Below are positions 10,847 through 22,760 of a stretch of 64,000 nucleotides of DNA, piece after piece. Source of the stretch: Rebecca billardiae RCC1528 (taxonomy: Eukaryota > Protista > Haptophyta); contig OZ251222.1 of assembly GCA_965240325.2 (NCBI GenBank), positions 744,001 to 808,000 on the forward strand, read 5' to 3'. The translations under genes and the position numbers were made by a program. Positions within the stretch are counted from its first letter, which is position 1, and every line of letters begins with the position of its first letter. Below the pieces are notes generated by a model, which ran no database searches, was not told the DNA's origin, and was given only the letters and a program-made list of their open reading frames with translations.

Positions 10847-13171
10847 ATGCACGCCCCGCGACGCGCGCCCTCCTCGCGCGCGTCGGCGGGCGTGCCGCTT
10901 TCGCCGCGGCGAGAGGTGGTGCGTCGGGCGCGTGAGGTTGATGGCGAGCGCAAGCTCGCGCTTCAGGTGGCCATGCGTCTCAAGCGCTGCCGCACCCACG
11001 CCGAGTACATTGACACTGTGTCCGACTTGCTGCGCACGGATGCGGCGCAGCTGGCCGTCTGGCGCGCGCGCGCAGAGGTGGCGGAGCAGCAGCTGCTGGA
11101 GCTAGGCGTGCACGGCGAGGGGAGCCACGCCGCTCATCTCACGCCGACGACGATGGGCGCGACGGCGATGCGCCCGCCCCACGGCCTGCGTCACTCGCCC
11201 GCACCGCACCATGCGCACGGCCATGCCGGGCTGGCGCGGGACGAGGGCGAGTTCGTGTGGGAGGACGTCGCGGGTGCGGACGCGCTGCGCGCCGAGCTGC
11301 GCTCCCTCTTCGCCACTCGACACGAGCTCCGCGCCGCCGCCGAGACGAGTGCCTCCCGCGTGCTCGAGCTCGAGGCGCAGCTCAGCGCCGCGCGCGCGCA
11401 GCTCGAGCGCGCCGGCTCGGATGCGCGCGCGCGCGCATCGGAGGCGGAGGACGCCGCGGACAGGGCGGGGCGCGAGTCGGCGCAGCTGCGAGCCGAGCAC
11501 GCCGCTCGCGGCTCGCGCTCGCCAGCCCACGGCGATCCCACCGACGACAGCCCGCGCGGGCGCGCCTCGGCCTCGCGCAGCCCGAGCCGCCGCGCCGGCG
11601 CCGCACCGGCGCCGAGCGCCGAAGCAGCCCTTCGCGCGGCACAAGCGGAGATCGCGCGGCGGGACAGCGTGATCGGCGAGCTCCGCGCGAAGCTGCACGA
11701 GGTGGCGCTGCACGGCGGGCCTCGCGCGGACGCGCTCGGTGGCGCGCTCACGACGCAGCTGCGGCTGGCCCAGAGCGGCGGCCAAGCGGCGGTGCACTCG
11801 CGCGCCGGCGGCGACTCGGGGCGGGTGTCGTGTGCGAGCCCTGGGATGGCGGAGCCCCGCGCCCAGTCGCCGCCTGTGCGCGTGAGCGCGTGGACGCAGA
11901 CGGCGGAGCGCGTCTCGGCGCCGCTCTCGCCGGCGAACCGAGCCACGGGCGCCGAGACGCGCGACGCCCACGCCCTCGAAGCCGGCGGCGGCGCCGGCGT
12001 CGCGCTCGCGAGCGCGCGCGCGGCGGAGGCGAGTGCGCGCGCTGAGCTGCAGCAGCTGCGGCCGCGGCTGCGCGAGGCGACAGCCGCGGCCGAGCGCGCG
12101 GAGGCGGAGGCGCGTGCGCGCGTGCGCGAGGCGTCCGAGCGCGCGCGCGCGGCCGAGGCGCGCGCGGCCGAGGCCGCCGCCGCGCTCGCCTCCGCCGCGC
12201 GCGCGCGCGAGGACGAGACGTCGACGCTGCGCGCGCAGCTCGGCGCCGCCGAGCGCGAAGCGCAGGACGCGCGCGCGGACGCGGAGGCGGCGCGCGCGGC
12301 GCGCGCGGAGCTGGCGCGCGCGCAGGGCTCGTCGGCGGAGGCGATGACGGCGGACGCGCGCGCGCGCATAGACGCGCTCCTGCGCGCGCTGCGCATCGAG
12401 GCGAGCGCCAAGCAGCACGCGCAGGAAGACGCGCGCCGCGCCGCGGCCGAGGCGCGCGCGCTCGCCGAGAGCGCGCGCGCGGCCGCGGCCGCACACGAGG
12501 CGGAGCACGCGCGCGCGCGCGAGCTCGAGCTGCAGCTGGGCGAGGCGGCGGCGTCGGTCGCCGCGCTCAACCGCTCGGCCGCCGAGCGCTCCGCGCGCGC
12601 CGAGCGCGCCGAGGCCGAGCTCGGCCGCGCGCGCGCCGAGCACGACGCGTCGCGCGCGCGCGTCGGCTCCGAGCTCCGCGCGCTGCTGCCGCTGCGCGCG
12701 GAGGTGGAGCGGCTGGGCGAGGAGCTGCGACGCGCGCGCGCGCTGGCGGAGTCGCGCGCGGCCGAGCTGCTCGGCGCGGGCGCGGAGGCGCGTGAGGCGC
12801 GCGCCGTGGCGGTCGAGGCCGCCCGCCGGCTGCGCGACGCGCACGAGCGCGCCGAGCGCGCGCTCCAAGCCGAGCGAGAGCGCCGTCAGAAGCTCGAGCA
12901 AGCGTGGGCGACCGCCGAGCGCGGGCGCGCCGAGCGCGAGTCGGCGCCGCCCGCGCGCGCGCAGGCCGAGCCGCGTGGCTCGGCGGCGGGGAGCGTGGCG
13001 CGTGGCAGCGCCGCGCCGAGCCACGCCGCCGCGCCGCACGCCACGCTCGCTCAGTCGCTGAGCGGCGCCTCCGCCGCCGCGGCCGAGCACGAGCGCAGGC
13101 TGAGGGAGGTGGAGGCACGGCTGCACGCGCACCGCGCCGCACAGCCCGCCACCGCGGTCGCGGCTGTGTAG
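10847..13171 (+). CDS. large Ala/Arg/Glu-rich coiled-coil protein
   Basis: 774-aa ORF with heptad-like helical composition; other frames give Arg-rich shadow sequence; exact start uncertain. Confidence 0.6.
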   Translation: MHAPRRAPSSRASAGVPLSPRREVVRRAREVDGERKLALQVAMRLKRCRTHAEYIDTVSDLLRTDAAQLAVWRARAEVAEQQLLELGVHGEGSHAAHLTPTTMGATAMRPPHGLRHSPAPHHAHGHAGLARDEGEFVWEDVAGADALRAELRSLFATRHELRAAAETSASRVLELEAQLSAARAQLERAGSDARARASEAEDAADRAGRESAQLRAEHAARGSRSPAHGDPTDDSPRGRASASRSPSRRAGAAPAPSAEAALRAAQAEIARRDSVIGELRAKLHEVALHGGPRADALGGALTTQLRLAQSGGQAAVHSRAGGDSGRVSCASPGMAEPRAQSPPVRVSAWTQTAERVSAPLSPANRATGAETRDAHALEAGGGAGVALASARAAEASARAELQQLRPRLREATAAAERAEAEARARVREASERARAAEARAAEAAAALASAARAREDETSTLRAQLGAAEREAQDARADAEAARAARAELARAQGSSAEAMTADARARIDALLRALRIEASAKQHAQEDARRAAAEARALAESARAAAAAHEAEHARARELELQLGEAAASVAALNRSAAERSARAERAEAELGRARAEHDASRARVGSELRALLPLRAEVERLGEELRRARALAESRAAELLGAGAEAREARAVAVEAARRLRDAHERAERALQAERERRQKLEQAWATAERGRAERESAPPARAQAEPRGSAAGSVARGSAAPSHAAAPHATLAQSLSGASAAAAEHERRLREVEARLHAHRAAQPATAVAAV

Positions 13172-13967
13172 CTAGCTTGCTTAGGGCCTACTGCCGGCGT
13201 GGGGCCGGGGCGGTGCGCCGTGGGGCCTGCCCGGCCCCGGGGCGGGTCGAGTCAGCAGCGAGCGCCGCGCATAGTTTATTCTGTTCGATCGGCAGTGTGG
13301 CGTCGGCCATAACTTAATTTACGTTCTTTATATATATAATTTAGCCAAAACATTTTAGCAGTCGATCCAGACCATACATCACCTATCAATATTGAGCAGT
13401 ATATATTAGCAGTGATGATGAGGCGTGACGAATCGTGATGCTCATCGTCAGAGTCATCGTCAGATGATCGGGCGCGCGGGCGGCGGGGCGGTCCGATGGC
13501 GATGCGCCCGCGCCGTCCATCGTCTGCCTCTGGCTCTGAGACTCGGCCGTACGCATGGCGGCCATGCTGACATGCTGATGCGCCGCGCATGCCGATGCTG
13601 CATGATGATGATTATGATCATGATGATGATGACTCTGATGCATTGACTAGTGATGATGACTGCGTCTACCATCTGCCCATCTCAGCCTGTCCACTCGACA
13701 TCGTCTCATCATCCCGCATCCGACGCGCTCTCTGACTTGATAACAGCAGCACGGCGCAGTCGTCGTGATGATGTTTCGACGGCCGACGGGTTACCACGCG
13801 TCAGCGACACGGCGACACGCGGCGCCGGAGCGGCCAGCGGGAGCCCCGTCGAACTCCGAAGGCCGTTTGGCGTGCTCAGCACTAGAGTCGCCGCTAGAGC
13901 TGTGCTCGAGGTCGGACAGGTCGTGCGTGCGCGCGCGCCGCGCGCGCGCGCGCTCTCGACGCGCAGC

Positions 13968-16038
13968 CTACAGGCCCCACACGTACTTGAGGAATGGCGG
14001 GCACGAGAAGAGGAACTCCTGCACGGAGGTCGTCGTGTTGCTCAGCGGGCCGAGGCAGTTGTCCATCAGGCTGGCCAGGATGGGCGGGTTGTGATCCGTG
14101 TCCACGTGCGACGAGTCGACGAGCGGCACCGCGTCCCAGTCGTTGATGCTCTGGTACGCAAGCAGCTGGCGCCCGCCGACGATGGACTCGACACCGGGGT
14201 GCGCGCAGCATGTCAGCTTCCCGTCCCCCAGGATCTCGACCTCCTGCAGCCCGGTCGAGGCCGCCGAGCTTCCCGGCGTGGGGCAGCGGGCACCGCGCGG
14301 GTCGCCCGGCCCGCCCGCCTTGGCGGAGTACCAGTCGGTCAGCTCGGTGTAGGTGTGGCAGTCGCCGTCGACGAGCATGACGCGCACACTCGGCGCCGCG
14401 TCGGTGTACTTCTTGAGGAGCGCGATGGACTGGTTGTAGATGTACTGGCGCCCCTCCAGGGTGAGCGTAGCTGCGCGCGGTGCGCGCGGCAGGGAGCGGG
14501 GCGTGCGCTCGCTCAGGCGCGCACGCGCGCGCGCGTGCCACGCAGCGCGCGCGCCCCCCCCGAGGACTGAGATGCCGGGGCCGGGCCACCGGTGGCGCGA
14601 TCTTGCACGCGCGCAGCGGGCTCGCGCGTTTGCGGCGCACACCGAGGGGCCAGGCGCCGTACTCGATGTACGTGGCGGCGGTGAGGTCGTAGAACAGGCG
14701 CTGCACGAGGTCCTGCTTCGAGTTGACGATCGTGAACGTGGTCTGCCCGGCGCCGTTGCCAAAGCGCTTGAACGTGGGCAGCATGATGGTGTCGATGGTG
14801 AGCTGTGACGCCCAGCACGTGACGCGCTGGTGGGCCAACGGCAGCACCTCCTTCAGCTTGCACACGTTCCAGTCGTTCTTCAGGATCTTGCCCGCCACGT
14901 TGACGAAGGGGTTCTTCGCGAAGACGGCCATGAACGAATCGTACACGGTCGCGGTGCGCTTGGCGCGCGACCCGAGAGTCTCGAGGAAGTGGTACGACCA
15001 GGCCTGCGCGCCGATCGAGCCCGCGGACGCGCCGCTGAGCACGAGCTCGTCCAGCTCGGCGAACTCGGGCTGCTTCTCGATCCAGCCGAGCACCGCCATC
15101 GTGTTCTTGTACCCGCGCTGCTGGCAGCCCTGGTGGGGGAAGTGCCCGCTGCCGTACAGCAGGTGCCCCTTGTCGCCCACGTGGCCGTCGCCCGAGCAGT
15201 AGTTGATCTGCACGATGGTGAAGTCGTTGAAGCGGTTGAGCACATCGGTGCCGTTGAGCACGCCCTCCGGGTCGTTGGGCGCCGAGAACAGGGTACAGAA
15301 CGGCTTGACCATCGTCGTGAGCGCGTCCCAGCACGCGCCGCCGCCTTGCCAGTACACGAGGAGCTTCTTCGGGTTGCGCGGCAGCACGTCAAAGGAAAGC
15401 CGGTTGCTGCCCGTCGTCCCGTTGCACGGGCCGTAGCCCGTGAGGGTGGGCGGGAAGATGCACGCCGTGTCGCCGCCCGGGTACACCATGTACTGCCCCG
15501 GCTCCTCGAGCATCTTGCTCAGCGGGCACGAGGTCGCTCCGCTTTTCGACGTGAGGTCACACCGCCGGTTGACGTCGACGAGGGACTGGCTGACGCACTC
15601 GAGCACGTCGTCCGGAGGGTCGGCGGCGCACTTCCACGACTTGAAGATGAAGAAGCCCGACCGCTTGGGCGACAGACCCGGGCAGCACGGCACGTACGAG
15701 AGCAGGCCTGTCTTCGGCCTGCCGCCCTCGGGCGTGCACGTGTGACGCTGCGTGTTGATGGGCGCCGAGCGCTCGAGAACGGGCTCGTCGGGCACAAAGT
15801 TGCGCGCCGGTAGGGAGGCGTAGAATCCCTCAGACAGCACCTCCGCCACAAGGTCGGGCTCAAGATCGTCGATGTCCGCCTCCGAAACGAGCGCGTGCGG
15901 CGTGCGCTGGGGCGCGCGCTGCCCAGAGCTCAGGAGCGCAACGAGTGCGAGGGCGGACGACACAATCAGCACGAGAGCAACAGTCACGAGCAGGCCGGGA
16001 CGCCCGAAGCGCACGGATGCCGTGCGCGCCGTAGCCAT
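13968..16038 (-). CDS. pectinacetylesterase/Notum-like alpha/beta hydrolase, type II anchored; intron 14471-14642
   Basis: QGGGACWD, YCSGDGHVG and nucleophile GASAGSIG motifs; a GT..CAG intron joins ...AWPL to A-TLTLEGRQY... in frame and brings in the GDCHT His motif; a further 3' intron is possible. Confidence 0.85.
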
Positions 16039-16599
16039 GTTCGGCTGTGCTTGGGGAGTGTGGGGCTCGGGGGGAGCGCGTGGACGGCGGGCAGAATGCG
16101 AGACGTTCGCGCGAAGACAACGATGATGAGTAGCGGGCCCGCGGACGGCTCCCAAGGTCGTTCGTCGAAACGTACTGTACTGGTAGTTCTATGGGGGTAT
16201 TATCAATTGATTCCTTTGGTATTATGGATCCATGGGTACGGCGAAAACGGATCGAAAAGCGCCGCCGAGCCGCCGCCACCCGCCGGCGCTGCGCGTCGAA
16301 TCTCGTCACTACAGTACAATGGCGGATTGCCAGGATCGCTGCAGCCCGAGTAAACCCCCTTGTTCCATCCATCCACAATCCGTGACACAGCTCTCCCGCG
16401 GCACGTCACTGCAGTCTGTCTGTCTGTCTGTGTCGGTTGCTGAGTCCGCGCCTCAGCCACCCGCCACGACCTACTCACATACTGTGAATCGGTTCTCTAG
16501 ATCTGTATAGTTTAAGCTGGACACTCGCGGACCGAGTCACAGAATCGGAGAATCCGCGCCCTCCGATCGCTCCGAGTGCGGGCTCCGCGGCCGATGTGG

Positions 16600-17661
16600 T
16601 CATACGTTGACAAGCGCACTCTCCTCGTCGTCCGAGAAGCTGCGCATCGGTTGCGAGGTGGGGGAGGGAGGCTCTTCCGAGTCGCCATCCGTCATCGGCA
16701 GGGACTGCCCTTCCCCCTGCGCGCTGGCAGGCGCGAGCAGGATGGCGACGATGCGCCTGAACCACATGAACATGAGGCCGCATGCCGCGAGCAGGAGGGA
16801 GACCAAGACGACGCCGGCCCAGACCGGGACCTCCGGAGGAGCGGCGTCCGCGAGCGTGGCCAGGTTGGCCCGTTCCCCTTCCGACCACGGCCCCACGCCG
16901 AAGTTGAGGACCATCTGCAGCGTGGCGGCAGGCAGCAGCACTACTCGGAAGACCGCAAAGAAGAACGCAAAGCTGACAAACGAGCCCTTCACGACGAGAG
17001 CCTCCTTCGTGAGCCCAAACGCCTCCTTGAGCTGGCACACGTTGAGGAAGGGCGTCGACGCCTCCATGCACATGCACACGGCCGCCTGCCAGGGCGCCAT
17101 GTAGTAGCCGCGCATGACGTACGACGCGCCGAGGAAGGCTGCGTGGTGGGCGAGAGTCTCCCACGACCCGAGCACGCTCCACGCGCACACGACGGTGATC
17201 GCGTCGTAGATGAGCCACGCGGTGAAGAGCTCGCCTGAGACGGCCACGTACGCATAGCGGGCGAGCCATTCCACGGGGACCGACTGCGCCCTCGAGCCCA
17301 GCTTGATCGCAGCTGGTGCATCCCACAGCAGGCCCAGGCCGTACAGCCCTGCGGCCGTCACAACGATCGCGTGCCCCATCGAGACGCAGTGGCTCGCGAA
17401 CCAATGTGCTGATGTCTTTTTGGTGTCGCCGTACGACCCGACCTGCCAATGATACGCGTACACGGACAACACGTGCATCGCGCCAAAAAGAGGCGTGAAG
17501 ATGCCGATCGTTCGCAGCCAGTCCGATGCGTCGCGCACGTGCGCAGGGCTCTGCGACGAGTCGGCATGCGACGAGAAGACAACGCTCGTGACGATCGTGT
17601 AGCCGGCGAAGAGGGCTAGTCCCAAGTACCACGCCCGTCGGCGTGCTGCTTTCTCCCACAT
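16600..17661 (-). CDS. TLC (TRAM/LAG1/CLN8) domain membrane protein
   Basis: LAHHAAF, MEASTPFLN and FFFAVFRV TLC motifs; multiple TM segments; start 17661 or 17715. Confidence 0.85.
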   Translation of the reverse strand: MWEKAARRRAWYLGLALFAGYTIVTSVVFSSHADSSQSPAHVRDASDWLRTIGIFTPLFGAMHVLSVYAYHWQVGSYGDTKKTSAHWFASHCVSMGHAIVVTAAGLYGLGLLWDAPAAIKLGSRAQSVPVEWLARYAYVAVSGELFTAWLIYDAITVVCAWSVLGSWETLAHHAAFLGASYVMRGYYMAPWQAAVCMCMEASTPFLNVCQLKEAFGLTKEALVVKGSFVSFAFFFAVFRVVLLPAATLQMVLNFGVGPWSEGERANLATLADAAPPEVPVWAGVVLVSLLLAACGLMFMWFRRIVAILLAPASAQGEGQSLPMTDGDSEEPPSPTSQPMRSFSDDEESALVNV

Positions 17662-17724
17662 CGCGAACTGTGCGAACCCGCCGGCAAATGAGGCGCTCGC
17701 GTCGCACCGATGCACACTGAACTA

Positions 17725-18392
17725 CAGGTGGGTGAGGGCAGAATGAGACAAAATCCCGGATCGTGTTTTGCGCTCCACCACGATGGCGCTCACGCCCTTC
17801 GCGCACGTCGTCGTGGAGGGCATCAGACGAAGAGTTCAAGCTGCGAGTCTCGTGGGCTAACTCCATGCCGTTGAGGAGCACGAGCACCATCAAGTTTGTC
17901 TCACTTTGGGGGGGGGGAGGGCACTTTGAGACAAACCGCGTGCGCACGCCCGACGAGCTCACCAACTGGGGAGAGCAAGCTTCCCATGGGCTCTTGGCGC
18001 GTGTCTGACGTCCCTACTGCCTCCCATTGCATGGCCAGCCGTCAGGTTGGCGTCCCCTTGCAGTAGTAGACTACCTTGCTCACGTCACTGAAGGGCACCG
18101 TGCATCGCGGTTCGCGGCCGTCTCACAGTGGCGGGGCACGTTCGGCGGCTACGTTTGGTGCGTGCAGGCCAGGCATGGGCAGCGGAGCGGCCGGCAAACG
18201 AGCGGAGGTGCCAGGCATGCACCTTGGGCACACATGCGACGCGTCTTGACAGACTTGCGTCCACCTCATCGGGCGCTGTAGCGCGTGCGAGGCGGGCGCC
18301 ATGCACCACGCCCAGTGGGCGCCACTGGCCGCCACTGGGCCGCCGCCTTTGTCTCAAAGTGCCCTCTGTCTCATTCTGCCCTCATCGACCTG
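17725..18392. mobile_element. Tc1/mariner-type MITE (668 bp)
   Basis: 26-bp TIRs CAGGTGGGTGAGGGCAGAATGAGACA / CAGGTCGATGAGGGCAGAATGAGACA (24/26), TA on both sides (17723-24, 18393-94); inner inverted pair GAGGGCACTTTGAGACAAA near 17917-17935 and 18348-18366. Confidence 0.85.
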
Positions 18393-18507
18393 TACTGAAG
18401 AAGCTGCTTGCGAACGATTTGTTGTGGAAGGCGTTGAAGGGTTTCGTCCGTTTCGTCGCCGTTGGCCTTGGTGCAGTCCGGCGCGAGCAAGCCTCTCGGA
18501 CCAGAGC

Positions 18508-19671
18508 ATGGCGCCCGTCACTTTCGCCTTCGCGACGTTGATCGTGAAGGAGGCGTACGTCAGCCTGCTCGTCGCCTGGCTGCACTCCGTGGGCCGCGCC
18601 CAGTTGCATTCCAACGTCACCGCCGACGTGATCCTCGCGCACTGCGAGACGGACGTCAACGTGCTGCAGGCAGTGCGGCGCTGCTCACAGAACCGGCACG
18701 CGGGCACGCAGGTGAAGCTGGTCGAGACATGCGTGCCGCACCCAGGGCTCTTGCACGGCCACTTCGTCCGCGCCGTGGAGATGCACACGATGCACGCGCG
18801 CTTCCTCAACACCATGGGCTGGCTCGCGCTCTTCCGCCGCACCGAGTACGAGGCGATCCTTTTCATGGACGCCGACACGCTCCTCATGCGCCCGGTCGAC
18901 GAGCTCTTCCTCGACCTCGGCAGGACGAGGCGGCCACCGGGGGAGCCCGGCGGGGAGCTCGCGACGGCGATCGGCTGCGTCAAAGTCGAGCCGTCCGAGC
19001 CGTGCAACTCGGGCGTCGTCCTGCTGCAGCCGCGCATGGCGGTGTGGAAGCACGTCGAGGCCGTGCTGCATCGGGTGCGCGACATCGGGGGGTTCGTGCT
19101 CAGCGACCAGGACATGTTCAACGGCCTGTTCAGTGGGTGCCGCACGCCGTTGCCCAGGCTCTTCAACTTCGCCGGCGTGGCGCCGGGCGAGGAAGTCTCC
19201 GCGGCTGTGCGCGTGCTCCATTTCCAGGGCTGGCACGGGCAGAACAAGCCGATCGACTACCTGCACGGTGGCAAGCTGCGGTACGACCGGCGCAAGCCCG
19301 GTTGGCCGGTGTTCCGCCACTTCGAGGAGAACCTGCGGCCCTTGGAGACGTGCTACAACGGCATGCGCACCGCGAAGGGGAACCTGCCGCCGCTCTACCC
19401 ACCGGACGACACGCCCGCTGGCCAGCCGGAGCACGCGATCCAGAGGGCGCCCAACATGGACAAGAAGTCCATCATCATCTTCAGGGCGGCACGCCTCCGC
19501 GCCATCCAGGGCACGCACGAGCGCTCGCTCTGCGCGGTGGACCCGACCGTCGAGCTCCCGATGCCTTACAACGCCGAACTGCACAAGTACACGGAGCAGG
19601 GTGATCTCCGCCCACAATTCCTCCGGGAGAGAGAAGCCGCTCGCAGCGCTCGCAATCGGCCTCCGCAATGA
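18508..19671 (+). CDS. glycosyltransferase family 8 (glycogenin-like) protein
   Basis: FMDADT (DxD), NSGVVLLQP, SDQDMFN and LHFQG motifs; ATG 18508 lies downstream of the MITE. Confidence 0.85.
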   Translation: MAPVTFAFATLIVKEAYVSLLVAWLHSVGRAQLHSNVTADVILAHCETDVNVLQAVRRCSQNRHAGTQVKLVETCVPHPGLLHGHFVRAVEMHTMHARFLNTMGWLALFRRTEYEAILFMDADTLLMRPVDELFLDLGRTRRPPGEPGGELATAIGCVKVEPSEPCNSGVVLLQPRMAVWKHVEAVLHRVRDIGGFVLSDQDMFNGLFSGCRTPLPRLFNFAGVAPGEEVSAAVRVLHFQGWHGQNKPIDYLHGGKLRYDRRKPGWPVFRHFEENLRPLETCYNGMRTAKGNLPPLYPPDDTPAGQPEHAIQRAPNMDKKSIIIFRAARLRAIQGTHERSLCAVDPTVELPMPYNAELHKYTEQGDLRPQFLREREAARSARNRPPQ

Positions 19672-19723
19672 CCGCAATTGTCTCCATAATTCAATTGACG
19701 ACTCATCAGAGTCATGGACTTTT

Positions 19724-19924
19724 TAAATTCCCCTTTATAACGGGCTCCGGGTGATCAGGCTGGCGGCCGAAGCCTCCAGCCCTACCCTGGCCAGCCCCCA
19801 ACCAACCACCACCCTCACCCAACCTGGCAAACCACTGACCGAGACACCTAGTGTCTTGACACCACTCCACTGTGGACAGCCCGCCTCCAGAGGGGGCGGG
19901 GGTATGCCATTGCCAACAGCATAC
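19724..19924 (-). mobile_element. 5'-truncated 3' end of the LINE at 53235-55380
   Basis: Near-identical to 53235-53441 (two small indels, few substitutions), with a shared terminus ...TTATAAAGGGGAATTTA on the minus strand. Confidence 0.85.
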
Positions 19925-20020
19925 GCCAGATGATCCGCTGGCATCATAGCTGCTGGCTGTTGTTAATACAATTTCGACCGCGGACCGTATCAAATCCGTA
20001 ACCTATAGGCTATACTGCAC

Positions 20021-20023
<3 letters not shown>

Positions 20024-20075
<52 letters not shown>
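20024..20075. repeat. (TA)n microsatellite
   Basis: Uninterrupted TA run. Confidence 0.95.
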
Positions 20076-20077
<2 letters not shown>

Positions 20078-20849
20078 GTACCTGATTTCAGTGAAATAAT
20101 AATTTGCTGTAGTTAATAATCCGGCCTGCCCGTGCTGCTAGCAGTGCTGGCCTCGGACTCCGGGAGTTAGAGTCTTTTATAACCGCATCACGCGGCGGCA
20201 CGCGGGCGGACAGAGTAAGCTCGCTAGTCAATCATTGTCGTCCGAGCTGTCGGCGTCAATCTCGTCAATGGTGAGTCATCACTGAATAACATCACGGTGC
20301 CGCCGGAGACGGTTCTCAGACTCCGTCCGCACTCTCGGGACAGACAGGCGCGCGCGGTTACTCTCTCGCGTTCTAATTCAGAGAGTTACTAAGAGTCGGA
20401 CTTCACTCTTCGTCAGCTGATGAGTTCAGCGCCCGTTCAGGAGCGGAGAACAGTGGTCGTCGACGACGGAACCGGGTACGACGTCAAATTATATATGTCA
20501 TCATTCGTCATCCGATCATCACAGCAATGGAGTTGCACGACGCGGCGTCACCGCGTAGTCAGAATATGAGTTATGACATTCTGCACACTAGCTTACACAG
20601 TGGCACGACGGGCTCCTGTCCGTACTGTGTGAGACTCACGGCGCTTCGGGCTTAGTCGCCCAAGTCGGCCGGAGGAGGGCGGCGACGCCAGAATAGATAG
20701 ATAAGACGCGATGACAGTGAGGGGGCACGCCGACTGGTTCGCCGGCGATCGTGACGCCATCGCACACAGCGCGAGGCGGCGCTCCCGTGCCACCAGACTC
20801 GCACCCGCGCCTCCAGACACCAGGGCTGTCGCCACAGGCGTGCCCTCAC

Positions 20850-22045
20850 TCACTTGGCCGCGGCCTGCGAGCCAGCCGCGCCCTGCGCCTGCGGCTGCAC
20901 GGGGAATAGGCTTATCCGCTGGACGCAGTGGTTGGCCTGGTCCGTCACGTAGATGAGGTCGTCGCGCTTGCTGTCCATCGCAATGCACTTGAGACCTGTC
21001 GCGAGCTGCCTGTCACCCATCTTGACGGCATCGCCGCCGCCGCGGCAGACTCGGCGCACGACGCCATCCTTGCTGATGCGCCGGATGTTGAATGTGAAGG
21101 TGTCGGAGACGTAGACGGACCCAGCCGAGTCGACAGTCACGCTGTGCGGCCACTCGAACTGCGACTTGTTCCCCGGACCATCGGCGAAGCCCTGCATGCC
21201 GTTGCCCGCAAACGTTCGCACCGCGCCAAAGCGATCGACCGTGCGCACGCGGTGGTTGGAGCGGTCGGCAACGTACGCCGCGCCCGAGTTGCGGTCGACC
21301 GCGACGGCGACGGGGTAGTTGAAGGCTGCGCGTGAGCCGTTGCCATCCGTGCACCCCTGCACGCACCGCCCCGCCAGCGTCGTCACCATGCCGTCCGCAG
21401 TCACCCTCCGGATGCAGTGGTTGCACGAGTCTGCCACCAGCAGCGTGCCGTCCGCTGCGGCGGCAATCCCGTACGGGTAGCTGAACGCGGCGGCGGAGCC
21501 CTGCCCGTCGGCGTGGCCGGGGCGGCCCGTGCCGGCGATCGTCACGACCTGCCCCTGCGAGTTGACCTTTCGGATCGTGTGGCTCCCTGCGTCACACACG
21601 AAGATGGCGCCGTCCTGCCCGATGCACACGCCCGTCGGGTCGTTGAACGTGGCCGAGTTGCCGTCGGTGCAGCCGAGCGCGCCCGTGCCGGCGATGGTGC
21701 TGACGTGGCCCACCTGCTCGCACAACGCGCGCGGGACGCACGGGTGAGCGGTCAGCGCTCCACCACGGGCCGGAGTGCGGCCTGATGCGACACGAGTTCA
21801 AGCCGCGGCGCGCGCGCGTGGATTTGCGTCCGCACCTTAATCCTCCTGATCCGGCGATTGTCCGAGTCGGCGACATAGAGCAACCCATCATTGTCGCACG
21901 CGACACCCAGAGGGCCGCGGAATGACGCCATCGGCCCAAGCCCATCCGCCCACGCCGGATCACGGCTCCCGGCGATCGTGGAGACGACGCACATGTCCTC
22001 CTCCGAGGCGCCATCGCCCTGCTGCTGCTCTGGTGCTCCGGCCAT
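20850..22045 (-). CDS. NHL-repeat beta-propeller protein; intron 21714-21835
   Basis: Repeated STIAG..G..DG....A.F..P.GVA....G.(L/I)YVAD..NH.IR units; the AAG|GTGCG...CAG|GTG splice keeps frame (RRIK|VGHVSTIAG). Confidence 0.9.
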
Positions 22046-22334
22046 CGCTGCGCTCGGAAGGGCGGCTGGCCCTCTGGTGCACGCAGACGCGTCGCGACGG
22101 CCCGGCGTGCGCCCTCGCCCAGCGCGAGAGGCCAGCCCGCGCGACACAAACAAATCAAGCAGCGGCTTTCGGAGCCGATCTCGCGAGTCGCGACGCGTGC
22201 GCACTGCGCTCAGCCAGCGCACCGGTGGTTCCGCAGCTTCCATCAGGCCTCCCGGACGCACGACAACAGCGCGCGTCTTGAACTGAAGACTGAAGAGGCC
22301 ATCCGGCTGACTCAACGCCGCTGCATTTCCAAGG

Positions 22335-22739
22335 ATGGCGCCCGCGCCAGGGGCGATCCTGGCGCTGTTGGCGGTCTCCTCGCCTTCGTGCGAGGAGCGC
22401 GGGTACCTCCCGACGCTGAGATGCTCTTCGTGAACAGGCATCGAGGCGTTTGTTGGTGCCTCGGAGCTCACCACTGGCTGCCGTGAGTGCTGCACCCTCG
22501 ATCCCGTCGTCAAGCACTCGGCTCTCCTAGACGTGTGCAAGTGACGCTTGACGCCCGAGCTGCGCAAGTTCATCGAGCTGCGCAGCTCGACGTTTGATGA
22601 TCTGACCATTCAGTACACGCAGGGTGCCCCGGCGACGCTCACCCTCACTGACGATGCCGGGAACCGCGTCGTCGAACCGATCCATGGCTGGACGAGCGAC
22701 GAGATCGAGACCTTTGTGGCGTCAAAGCTTCGGCCATGA
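22335..22739 (+). CDS. SELENOF: selenoprotein F (Sep15) with two in-frame UGA codons (22431-33, 22542-44)
   Basis: MAPAPGAILALLAVSSPSCEERGYLPTLRCSS-U-TGIEAFVGASELTTGCRECCTLDPVVKHSALLDVCK-U-RLTPELRKFIE...IQYTQGAPATLTLTDDAGNRVVEPIHGWTSDEIETFVASKLRP; colinear with Sep15 (signal peptide, C..LG/CSSC/CRxCC domain, LEVCxU, W.TD..EEFL); SECIS downstream. Confidence 0.92.
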
Positions 22740-22760
22740 GTGCCCGGACGAACGATCGAC

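Noticed and set aside
18301-18507. N-terminal extension of GT8, and the 16475-17965 ORF
   Set aside because: Both run through MITE sequence and lack family motifs.
22548-22739. Stand-alone 63-aa ORF from the track
   Set aside because: It is the C-terminal half of SELENOF, downstream of the Sec UGA.
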